Positions 34,733-41,602 of a DNA stretch of 45,699 nucleotides are shown here, one piece after another. Position 1 is the stretch's first letter. Each line of letters starts with the position of its first letter. A program made the translations under genes and the position numbers. This DNA is from a virus. The stretch spans positions 1-45,699 of the IMG/VR virus record IMGVR_UViG_3300031949_000070. The stretch is one strand, 5' to 3'. The notes under the pieces are model-generated. The model was not told the DNA's origin. It saw only the letters and a program-made list of their open reading frames with translations, and ran no database searches.

Positions 34733-37131
34733 TAATAATTCGATTCTGCCATTGGCACAGATTGCACTGGCGGCAACCAACCTACATTACGTTGATTTAC
34801 ATACCTAAAACAAGCATGATTATCCCACTTACCTTCAAGTATTTTATCCTTCATGCCCAATTTTTCTTCATTCACGAAAGAATCCCGCTCCATATTTTTG
34901 AAGGCATTCATAATCAATCTATTCTCAGGTATATCAAATATTCTCAATTTTGGCAATTTAAAAATGGGGTCTACCTTCAATAATTGCTTAATTTTATCAA
35001 TTCCAGCCGAAATTGAACCGAAAAATTTCTCCGAAGTCATTAATCCTGGTATAGCATTATTACCCCGCTTCAACTCTTTATAAATATTAATATCACCCAA
35101 AATTCGCAGGTTACTATTTGTTGAGGTATCACATACAGACCATCCAAGCCGATAATTTCTCTCTTGCGCTCGTTGAGCCAGCGCAAATTTTAATTCCTCA
35201 GTATCCACGGCTTGCTGATAACATCCAGTGATAAACTGAAGCCCTTCCCTATTTACAGCAACCTCAGTACACGCAGACGCCTTGGTTAAATGTGGGTCTA
35301 CCCCTCGATACACGATAAAACTATCATCCAGGTCAAACGGCTGAATCAAATGCAGCTTCTCGTTAAACAGATTACCATAAACCAAACCAGACAACGAGAC
35401 GAAGGCTCCCATAAGCCTCATCTTTATCGTAGGATAATCCAGTCCGGTTAAAATCTCCCTCAATGTTTCCAGTTTCGCATACCGATTACATATTGACGGC
35501 ATTTTAAAGCAGGATATCCGCACCCCGTCTTCTTTATCTAAAATATCCTCTTTTATCCATGTTAACCCCTCTGTAGGGGTCATACTAAATAAAATTTTTA
35601 ACCGGTCAGCCGTTATAAACCGGGCCTTGGTTTCCTCGTATTTATCCTTGTCCGGCTGCTCATCGAAAATAGCCCACTGTAACGGATTCCCCTGAAACCC
35701 TCTTGTATCCTGCTCATTGGTTTTAAATTGGACGGTACTTATTGGCCGCCGATCACCTGAATACAATGTAAGCGTTTTATACTCCGCTGACCAACTCTTT
35801 GACCAGTCCCCATCCAATAAAAATTTCTTAGGCAGCCACCTTTCCCATGCCTTCAGAATTATCATGTTCAGGGAAGTATTATCTACTCCCGTCACACGCC
35901 CATAAACCGGCCAAGAGGTAGGTAATTTACTTTTAGGATATATTCCCTCCAAACTTAACGGCAACTCTCCTGTAGACCATATAATGCCCTCTACAGTGGC
36001 AAGCGTTGTATTGTGATGAACCAAACCTCCGGCAAAATAATTATGATATTTTTCAACCTCAAAGTCATAAACTTCTTGTTGACAGGGAATCAAGTCGCAT
36101 GATACAATCTGATTACCTTCTACATATAAAGGAAATAAATTTGAATAACCTTCATGGTCTAAAAATTGATTCTGATCGTCTTCGTTATCTGATAGAGATT
36201 CAGAAGATGACTCAGAAACAGGCTGCAAAAGCTCTTGATGTTTATATTTCGACTGTTGAAAAGTGGTGTAAAAAACTTCACCTGTCAACTCAACGTCCTG
36301 GGCCTCGTCGTGGAGAACAACACCCGGATTGGAAGGGTGGATACAAACTGACAAAGGGTTATCAGTATGTTTATTGTCCTGAACATCCGAATTGCACGAA
36401 GTCCCGGTACGTTGCTGAACACCGGCTTGTAATGGAACAAAAAATTGGCCGTTTTTTAGAAAAACACGAGACTGTTCATCATATTGATGGAAATCGCCTG
36501 AACAACCATCCAAGTAATCTAATGGTTTTTCAGAACAATGCTGCTCATTTAAAACATGAGCTGACTGGGAAATGTCCAAACTGGACTCCTGAAGGCAAGG
36601 CAAGAACCCTTTTAGGCGCTCAACGGTGGCGTAATTACCGTCATTCATTAAAACACGGTGCAAATCAGCAGCCTCTACCCAGCGACCATCTGACATCGTT
36701 ATCCGATAACACCAATGAATTCCAGGTTTCTTAAATGGAGCGGAAGCATTTGCTATTACTTTTTTCCCCCCATCCCAGGCATATACCTTAAACGGTTTAC
36801 CTTCTTTAAAAAGCAAACCAATCGTTTTCGCACCATCAACTGTATCTATAACTGTTTGATAAGTAAGACATTTTCCACCCTGATTGCCCCCTCCCGCCAA
36901 TATTATAGGCACATCACTTAAATGCACATCCCGCTGACTATCCAATCTGCCCTGTGGCACATCCTCTGGCAGCAACCACTCTTCCAAAAATCGCTTATGT
37001 TCATCATCCACCACCCCATCCGATGGCAAATAATCCCAGAACGGCTCCTCTACATTCACCGAGGCCACAACCTTCTGCAACTCTGCCAACTTAACCATCA
37101 AATCAGACGTGGAAACATTGCTTAAATCCAT
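34732..37131 (-). CDS. terL: Terminase large subunit, interrupted in frame by an intein
   Basis: Walker A GGNQGGK|T is split between K87 and T375. Walker-B-like LQWAIFDEQP lies downstream. Removing residues 88-374 leaves a 512-aa TerL. Confidence 0.85.
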   Translation of the reverse strand: MDLSNVSTSDLMVKLAELQKVVASVNVEEPFWDYLPSDGVVDDEHKRFLEEWLLPEDVPQGRLDSQRDVHLSDVPIILAGGGNQGGKCLTYQTVIDTVDGAKTIGLLFKEGKPFKVYAWDGGKKVIANASAPFKKPGIHWCYRITMSDGRWVEAADLHRVLMNDGNYATVERLKGFLPCLQESSLDISQSAHVLNEQHCSEKPLDYLDGCSGDFHQYDEQSRVFLKNGQFFVPLQAGVQQRTGTSCNSDVQDNKHTDNPLSVCIHPSNPGVVLHDEAQDVELTGEVFYTTFQQSKYKHQELLQPVSESSSESLSDNEDDQNQFLDHEGYSNLFPLYVEGNQIVSCDLIPCQQEVYDFEVEKYHNYFAGGLVHHNTTLATVEGIIWSTGELPLSLEGIYPKSKLPTSWPVYGRVTGVDNTSLNMIILKAWERWLPKKFLLDGDWSKSWSAEYKTLTLYSGDRRPISTVQFKTNEQDTRGFQGNPLQWAIFDEQPDKDKYEETKARFITADRLKILFSMTPTEGLTWIKEDILDKEDGVRISCFKMPSICNRYAKLETLREILTGLDYPTIKMRLMGAFVSLSGLVYGNLFNEKLHLIQPFDLDDSFIVYRGVDPHLTKASACTEVAVNREGLQFITGCYQQAVDTEELKFALAQRAQERNYRLGWSVCDTSTNSNLRILGDINIYKELKRGNNAIPGLMTSEKFFGSISAGIDKIKQLLKVDPIFKLPKLRIFDIPENRLIMNAFKNMERDSFVNEEKLGMKDKILEGKWDNHACFRYVNQRNVGWLPPVQSVPMAESNY
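36079..36108 (+). promoter_or_regulatory. Sigma70-like promoter TTGACA-N18-TACAAT, antisense to terL and upstream of the HNH gene body
   Basis: Hexamers at 36079-84 and 36103-08. They lie inside the coding sequence of the intein C-terminal splicing domain. Confidence 0.5.
36099..36734 (+). CDS. HTH + HNH homing endonuclease encoded antisense within the intein
   Basis: HTH is MTQKQAAKALDVYISTVEKWCKKL. HNH part is GYQYVYCPEHPN...YVAEHRLVMEQKIGRFLEKHETVHHIDGNRLNNHPSNLMVFQNNAAHLKH. The start is uncertain: ATG 36099, TTG 36141 (AAGGAA RBS, downstream of the promoter) or ATG 36207. Confidence 0.8.
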   Translation: MIQSDYLLHIKEINLNNLHGLKIDSDRLRYLIEIQKMTQKQAAKALDVYISTVEKWCKKLHLSTQRPGPRRGEQHPDWKGGYKLTKGYQYVYCPEHPNCTKSRYVAEHRLVMEQKIGRFLEKHETVHHIDGNRLNNHPSNLMVFQNNAAHLKHELTGKCPNWTPEGKARTLLGAQRWRNYRHSLKHGANQQPLPSDHLTSLSDNTNEFQVS

Positions 37132-37464
37132 TTATCCGCCATACTCATAGTGATTCCCATCTACCCGCTTGAAATCCCCACCCCACCGGTTCAACGAATC
37201 CAACCGTTTCCAATATTCTCCAAGTGGCCGATGTGATTCTGTATCTGCCAGGTACACACCATCCTTATACAGGTCTATATCCGCAGCCAAAGCCTCAAGG
37301 TGCTTAGAATTTATTATCCCCTTACCTTGCTGCATATAAATCTGCACAACCTCTCTAGGCCGCTTTACCTCAGCCAAGGCCACCCCATAACCCTGAGACT
37401 TTGCCCATAAACAAAGTTCAGCTATCATCTCTGTAAAATGAATCCGCTTGGCTGATAATTTCAT
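37132..37464 (-). CDS. Peptidase M15 (VanY/L-Ala-D-Glu peptidase-like) endolysin
   Basis: SKHLEALAADID (H-x6-D) and RWGGDFKRVDGNHYEY give the H..D..H zinc-ligand pattern. 110 aa. Confidence 0.7.
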   Translation of the reverse strand: MKLSAKRIHFTEMIAELCLWAKSQGYGVALAEVKRPREVVQIYMQQGKGIINSKHLEALAADIDLYKDGVYLADTESHRPLGEYWKRLDSLNRWGGDFKRVDGNHYEYGG

Positions 37465-37578
37465 AACAATTTCTCCAATACTCGAATAATCCGATTAAAG
37501 TTACCAACAATAACTTATTGTACTCACAATGTAATATACTGAAATGACCTTTTAATGTAAATTTTTACAGAGAAAACA

Positions 37579-37607
37579 AGTATATATATAGTAGAGAAGG
37601 CCATCAA
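37579..37607 (-). promoter_or_regulatory. Candidate late-operon promoter TTGATG-N17-TATACT (minus strand)
   Basis: Reverse complement of 37602-07 and 37579-84. It uses the same -10 hexamer as the promoters at 3293 and 38797 and lies ~110 nt upstream of the endolysin ATG. Confidence 0.45.
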
Positions 37608-37608
37608 A

Positions 37609-37627
37609 CCCTCCCCCCCCCTACCCC
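37609..37627 (-). repeat. G-rich tract GGGGTAGGGGGGGGGAGGG (G9 homopolymer), 1 nt upstream of the -35
   Basis: The + strand reads CCCTCCCCCCCCCTACCCC, with the C9 run at 37613-37621. Confidence 0.9.
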
Positions 37628-37685
37628 TCAAGTTGACATAATGTATATATTACCATAATTATCATCATACATAATATATAATGGC

Positions 37686-37727
37686 TGTGTATAACTCTGT
37701 GGATATGTGCATAACCCTGTGCATAAC
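37686..37727 (-). repeat. Three direct copies of TGTGYATAAC (+ strand) immediately 3' of the HTH gene stop
   Basis: Copies at 37686-95, 37706-15 and 37718-27. On the minus strand they read GTTATRCACA. Confidence 0.8.
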
Positions 37728-38291
37728 TCACTCATCTGTATCACGCATATCAAGTGGCTTAGTAATATCTGTCATGTTGATATCATGTGCTACTGCTATG
37801 CTCTGCCTGCGCTTAAGCTCACTCGTAATCTCTGATATCGCCTGCTGCGCTTGTGATACCACGCTGCGAGTGCTGATATTCTCCGTACTCCGGCCTTGCG
37901 CTAATAATCTGGCATGGTTAACCTGGCTAAATGCATACGCAGTATTGTTTAGCGAGGCATTTGCCCTTTTGGCAGGGTCAAGCAGGTCAAGGGCAAGCTC
38001 CGATTCTACAGTTGCAAGAAATGTAGCTTCCCTTACTTGGTAGGCTTTAGCTTGACTTGCTATAGATATTCTGTTCAGGTATGGCTGAAGTGCCTCTTGT
38101 ACGGCCTGTTTAGAGACACCATACATTTTGGCAATAGAGGGGTAGGTCAAGCCGTTGACACAGCGTAATCGCAATATTTCGCCGAGCGGTAATTTGCCAC
38201 ATTTGCGGTGGATAGATAGTGATTTTTGGGCTTGCTTGGGGGTTTGCTGGTCTATGTCCAGAGTAGTATCTATGTCCAGAGTAGTATCCAT
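37728..38291 (-). CDS. HTH DNA-binding protein (regulator or small-terminase candidate), apparently leaderless
   Basis: HTH is LTYPSIAKMYGVSKQAVQEAL. N-terminal MDTTLDIDTTLDID arises from an 18-bp tandem duplication. The ATG lies 6 nt after a consensus -10. Confidence 0.6.
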   Translation of the reverse strand: MDTTLDIDTTLDIDQQTPKQAQKSLSIHRKCGKLPLGEILRLRCVNGLTYPSIAKMYGVSKQAVQEALQPYLNRISIASQAKAYQVREATFLATVESELALDLLDPAKRANASLNNTAYAFSQVNHARLLAQGRSTENISTRSVVSQAQQAISEITSELKRRQSIAVAHDINMTDITKPLDMRDTDE

Positions 38292-38297
38292 GACAAT

Positions 38298-38327
38298 ATT
38301 ATATACACGGGGTTGTTATGTTGTCAA
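38298..38327 (-). promoter_or_regulatory. Consensus promoter TTGACA-N18-TATAAT (minus strand), placing the TSS at or near the ATG
   Basis: The minus strand reads TTGACA ACATAACAACCCCGTGTA TATAAT ATTGTC ATG. Confidence 0.6.
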
Positions 38328-38739
38328 GGCTGATTAAGTACATGATATTATGTGGATTATCATAAGATATAAGGACTTGCGTATACAGTAGTATATGCGG
38401 GGAACGCTGGTCAATCACGGCTGCCAGCTTACATGGCTTGCCGCTTGCGGAGCGGCAAAAGCGCCATAAAGGTATCGCCTGCCTTGCGGCGGCGATGACA
38501 ATAGTAGTAGTATCATACCCTGGGATGGCTTGTCAAGATACAAGGGGTAGTGGCTTGCATATAGCATTGCTATATGTAGGCGCATGGTTATACTACTCAA
38601 TATATCGGCTTGGTTTTGTTATCCGTGCACCCGCTATCATATCATTAGCCTGCAATAATAATGCGCCTACGGGCTTGCAGTAGAGCCGTTATATCCATAC
38701 TGCATAAGCGTTTCCAGTCACGTAATTATATTAAGATAT

Positions 38740-38769
38740 TTGCATTATTATTGCATTATTTGCATTATT
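38740..38769 (+). repeat. Three tandem TTGCATTATT words directly upstream of the -35
   Basis: Copies at 38740-49, 38751-60 and 38760-69. Confidence 0.85.
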
Positions 38770-38773
38770 TTAC

Positions 38774-38802
38774 TTGACATTGATTAATTTAATTGGTATA
38801 CT
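38774..38802 (+). promoter_or_regulatory. Strong sigma70-like promoter TTGACA-N17-TATACT for the accessory arm
   Basis: Hexamers at 38774-79 and 38797-802. First gene ATG is at 38830. Confidence 0.6.
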
Positions 38803-38829
38803 CTAAACATGATAGGGAGGGAACGTAAA

Positions 38830-39123
38830 ATGGGAAAACGGTTAGACATGCTAAATGCTGTAATTGGTTCAGAGGGGGTTGTCCGGGAAAGTAGCATTGG
38901 CTGTAAGTTTTATGTGTGGGAAATAACTTATCGAAAAGCTATAAACGCTTTACTGAAAAAGGGCGGGTTCACCCAAAGCGGAAACGCAAATTATATCCAC
39001 AATCTTAAAGCTGGGATTGATAACCCATACACCGCCGCGGATTATATGGCAATTAGAAAAAATTGTACTAATCACAAAAACATATTTTTGATTGAAGCGT
39101 ACAATAATGGTGAATTAATTTAA
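38830..39123 (+). CDS. Hypothetical protein (97 aa)
   Basis: ATG 38830 follows a GGGAGGG RBS. The ORF-track start at 38809 lies only a few nt after the -10. Confidence 0.55.
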   Translation: MGKRLDMLNAVIGSEGVVRESSIGCKFYVWEITYRKAINALLKKGGFTQSGNANYIHNLKAGIDNPYTAADYMAIRKNCTNHKNIFLIEAYNNGELI

Positions 39124-39161
39124 GAGGCAATAACGTCCTAATAAAAAAGAAGAGACCTAAA

Positions 39162-39359
39162 ATGAAAAAAGAATTTCGGGGAATGTTTCCCAAAAAAATA
39201 AAAACTCCAAAAGTTATTTTCAACGGAGTAGATGTTTCTCATGATGATGCGATTAGGAGAATAAAAAAACATTTGGAACTTAATGTGCCATTTGAATTAA
39301 AATCAAAGGGAGGGAAGGATTTAGTTCTGGGTTGGCATGATTGTTTGATAGAGAAATAA
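39162..39359 (+). CDS. Hypothetical small protein (65 aa)
   Basis: ORF in the operon. No motif recognised. Confidence 0.5.
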   Translation: MKKEFRGMFPKKIKTPKVIFNGVDVSHDDAIRRIKKHLELNVPFELKSKGGKDLVLGWHDCLIEK

Positions 39360-39390
39360 CTCAGGAAAAGGACAGTAGTCAAATCATAAA

Positions 39391-39409
39391 GCCCGAAAGG
39401 GCAAAGGAG
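39391..39409 (+). promoter_or_regulatory. Hairpin-SD junction element (GCCCGAAAGGGC + AAAGGAG), copy 2
   Basis: Followed 5 nt later by GTG 39415. Confidence 0.7.
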
Positions 39410-39414
39410 AAAAC

Positions 39415-39735
39415 GTGAGTATCAAGATTGTAGTAGAGAAAGTTTTAACAGTTGAAAAAGAGAAGGGTTTAAAAATTGTCAGCATATCAGGAGTGCTGGC
39501 ACAAGAAGAACTCCCGAAGGAGTTTAAGAAGGGGAAGTTTGCTTACAGAATGGGGAAAAGTGGGATTTACTTCCCCCATCTTCCGAATATGGTTATTGGG
39601 GAGACGGAAACAAAAGAAAGCTTAGAAACTCAACTTGAGTTTCTAAGGGAGTCCGGGCAGAAGCTACATGAAATTAATAAGAAGTTGGCAATAGAGAATG
39701 CCAACTGGAGAGGAGGTGAGACATATATTGTCTAG
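39415..39735 (+). CDS. Hypothetical protein (106 aa)
   Basis: GTG start positioned after the hairpin-SD element. Confidence 0.5.
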   Translation: MSIKIVVEKVLTVEKEKGLKIVSISGVLAQEELPKEFKKGKFAYRMGKSGIYFPHLPNMVIGETETKESLETQLEFLRESGQKLHEINKKLAIENANWRGGETYIV

Positions 39736-39741
39736 GCCGAA

Positions 39742-39774
39742 ACCGCCTTCGGGCGGTCTGCCCGTTTTGCGGGC
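39742..39774 (+). terminator. Two consecutive GC stem-loops after the gene (ACCGCC-TTCG-GGCGGT and GCCCG-TTTTG-CGGGC)
   Basis: Read directly from the sequence. No U-tract follows, so they may act in processing or stability rather than as intrinsic terminators. Confidence 0.4.
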
Positions 39775-39794
39775 ACTGATGAGGCAAATTTAAC

Positions 39795-39806
39795 GCCCGC
39801 AAGGGC
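39795..39806 (+). promoter_or_regulatory. Hairpin GCCCGCAAGGGC, copy 3 (orphan: no SD or gene follows)
   Basis: Preceded by the conserved TTTAAC and followed by AAATTTGGGC instead of AAAGGAG. Confidence 0.6.
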
Positions 39807-39908
39807 AAATTTGGGCATAGTTGTCAGATGGGATTTACTGGAATTTGTGATGGTCATTGTATATACTTTTCTAATAAAAATTGTGAGCATGTGCAATTTC
39901 ATATTGCT

Positions 39909-39933
39909 CATCTATTTCATGCTGAAATAGATG
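39909..39933. repeat. Perfect 11-bp inverted repeat CATCTATTTCA-TGC-TGAAATAGATG
   Basis: Read directly. Lies in the 300-nt non-coding stretch upstream of gene 40036. Confidence 0.85.
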
Positions 39934-39993
39934 AAGGTGGAAAAGCACAAATCACCTTTTTAGAAGATTGACAAACGGTTCCGTCTCCTTCCC

Positions 39994-40023
39994 CGTAACC
40001 GTAACCGTAACCGTAACCATAAC
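39994..40023 (+). repeat. Hexanucleotide microsatellite (CGTAAC)x4 + CATAAC, abutting the RBS of gene 40036
   Basis: Sequence is ccCGTAACCGTAACCGTAACCGTAACCATAACtgagaggag. Confidence 0.9.
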
Positions 40024-40035
40024 TGAGAGGAGATT

Positions 40036-40446
40036 ATGAAATACATAACAGCAACAGAACCACCCAAATTTACCAATATGCAAATGGCCATGGCAAAGCG
40101 CCTGGGACTAAATCTTTCAGATTTAGATCCAAATGATAAAAGATTAAGAATAGACTATCCTCCTCTGGGATATTATAGCTTTTCCAAAGCTATAAGGGAA
40201 ATTGCAGGAAAGCACCAGGACATTGTATCCAGGGGGGGAGGTAGGAATTTTTATTACATCTCTTTAAGTAAGAGCTGTAATAAGTTAATTACTATGATAA
40301 GAGGGCTTCAGCAAGAAGCTCCTCAAAGAGAGGGTGCAAAAGAGCTTCGTCTGATGTGGGGAAAGGAACTCCACAAAATCTGGACGGACGAACTCAAATA
40401 CACAGCTGGATATTGGCACTTGGGGTGGGTAGAGCTTGAGAGATAA
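40036..40446 (+). CDS. Hypothetical protein, paralogue A1 (136 aa)
   Basis: Shares GYYSFSKAI.EI.GK.QDIVSRGGGRNFYYISLS.SC.KLI..IR.LQ.E.PQRE.AKELR.MWGKEL...W..EL.Y.A.YWHLGWVEL with 41796..42239. Confidence 0.65.
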   Translation: MKYITATEPPKFTNMQMAMAKRLGLNLSDLDPNDKRLRIDYPPLGYYSFSKAIREIAGKHQDIVSRGGGRNFYYISLSKSCNKLITMIRGLQQEAPQREGAKELRLMWGKELHKIWTDELKYTAGYWHLGWVELER

Positions 40447-40463
40447 ACTCTCAAGCTGATGAG

Positions 40464-40506
40464 GCGCTTGTTTCAGTTCCCTCTTTATAGGGAAGATATC
40501 TGCAAT
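40464..40506 (+). repeat. CRISPR-repeat-like unit, copy B
   Basis: GCGCTTGTTTCAGTTCCCTCTTTATAGGGAAGATATCTGCAAT, one mismatch against 7976-8018. Confidence 0.85.
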
Positions 40507-40677
40507 AGCGGATGGGGTGCGAGGAGTCTGGCCCGGTTGATGGGCTGCGGAAGTGGCACACCCGTCATGAAGGAATTGAAAGGCAAAGCAGAGATGTAGT
40601 ATATCTGCTCAACAATATAGAAGACGACGGGGGGAAATAACAAAACTCGCCTGGTGCAGCGAGCATAAACAAAGCCC

Positions 40678-40702
40678 AGTCCCTACGAAGAGGGAACTTA
40701 AC
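40678..40702 (-). repeat. Inverted, degenerate copy of the 5' part of the CRISPR-repeat-like unit
   Basis: The minus strand reads GTTAAGTTCCCTCTTCGTAGGGACT against GTTTCAGTTCCCTCTTTATAGGGAAG. It keeps the same TCCCT/AGGGA hairpin. Confidence 0.6.
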
Positions 40703-40767
40703 CAAATACAGTATATGTAATTTTAAAAGATAAACAAAAACTGAATTTGAGGAAACAGTATAAAAAG

Positions 40768-41241
40768 ATGTTTACTATAGATTTTTTAACTCCGTTAAAT
40801 TTAAGCCCAAAACTTTCGAGAACAACAGCCTGGAGAGTAAAAAAAGGTATTTCTCCAGGCGTTGGCCAGGATTATATAAATCCCTGGCCTGAGAAACTAA
40901 AAATAAATAGCTGTAGAACTAAAAATAAAGAAAGAAAACCACTAAAAAATATTACTCCTTTTAAAACTACAATTAATATAAACGAATTACAAAAAATAGC
41001 AGCATATGCTACAAAAACAGTAGCTGTTAAACTAAAAATATATGAATATCAAATGTTCTATGAATACCGCAAAGATTGTATTCAGGAATGCTTGACTTTA
41101 ATATTTGAATTGTCTAACAAGCACAAAAACAACAAACATATTGCAATGAAGATTGCAATAAATGCGGCATTTAAGTTTTGGTGCAGTGTTTGTAAATGGT
41201 TTGTGCATAACGAACAGGGGGCAGGAGATGAGTGTAATTAA
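40768..41241 (+). CDS. Hypothetical protein in an AT-rich insert
   Basis: ATG 40768 (MFTIDFLTPL...). Lys/Asn-rich. No family recognised. Confidence 0.5.
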   Translation: MFTIDFLTPLNLSPKLSRTTAWRVKKGISPGVGQDYINPWPEKLKINSCRTKNKERKPLKNITPFKTTININELQKIAAYATKTVAVKLKIYEYQMFYEYRKDCIQECLTLIFELSNKHKNNKHIAMKIAINAAFKFWCSVCKWFVHNEQGAGDECN

Positions 41242-41602
41242 GCATGTAAAATTATTTGCTTCGTTCATTCCAAGCGAAGCACTTTGCAAACAGATTTTGG
41301 CTTTTGTAAAATGGAAGAAGGGGGGGAGGACTAACCGTCTTTTTTATTTTCAAAAGCCCGGCACGATAATAAAGCTATATGCACCAGAAAAATTGCAGGC
41401 AGGAACTCATTGTACGGTGTCTATAGTTGAAAAAACAATTTCAAAAATTCAGGGAACCAAAACAAAAATTGTGATTGTTCCTAACAGTTTTAAGTTTGAT
41501 GAGGGTCGTTTATTTCCACAGGCAGAGATTGCCAAAGAAATATATAAATCAATAGGAGCCTGTCATGAAAGCAGAGAAAGAATAAATAATACCTTGAGTT
41601 AA
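41228..41602 (+). CDS. Hypothetical protein in an AT-rich insert
   Basis: ATG 41228 (MSVIKHVKLF...) overlaps the previous gene's end. Confidence 0.5.
   Translation: MSVIKHVKLFASFIPSEALCKQILAFVKWKKGGRTNRLFYFQKPGTIIKLYAPEKLQAGTHCTVSIVEKTISKIQGTKTKIVIVPNSFKFDEGRLFPQAEIAKEIYKSIGACHESRERINNTLS

Larger units (their letters stand above)
36010..36870 (-). mobile_element. Intein (287 codons) in the TerL P-loop
   Basis: Begins Cys-Leu-Thr (CLTYQTVIDTVDG...) with a block-B-like GRWVEAADLHRVL. Ends VYDFEVEKYHNYFAGGLVHHN followed by the +1 Thr. The central ~155 codons lack any endonuclease motif in this frame. Confidence 0.8.

Noticed and set aside
36006-36098. TTG start at 36006 for the HNH gene, as given in the ORF track.
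   Set aside because: It lies upstream of the only good + strand promoter (36079-36108), overlaps the extein/intein junction and adds a motif-less leader. Starts at 36099, 36141 or 36207 are more plausible.
37681-38043. 120-aa + ORF, and the TTGACA at 37632, antisense to the HTH gene.
   Set aside because: The composition is Cys/Ser/Leu-rich, as expected for a shadow frame. The opposite strand has a clear HTH motif and a consensus promoter. The -10 partner for the 37632 TTGACA is weak (TAATTA).
39968-39973. TTGACA hexamer upstream of gene 40036 as a promoter.
   Set aside because: No acceptable -10 lies 16-19 nt downstream. That position is occupied by CCCCGT and the hexamer repeat.
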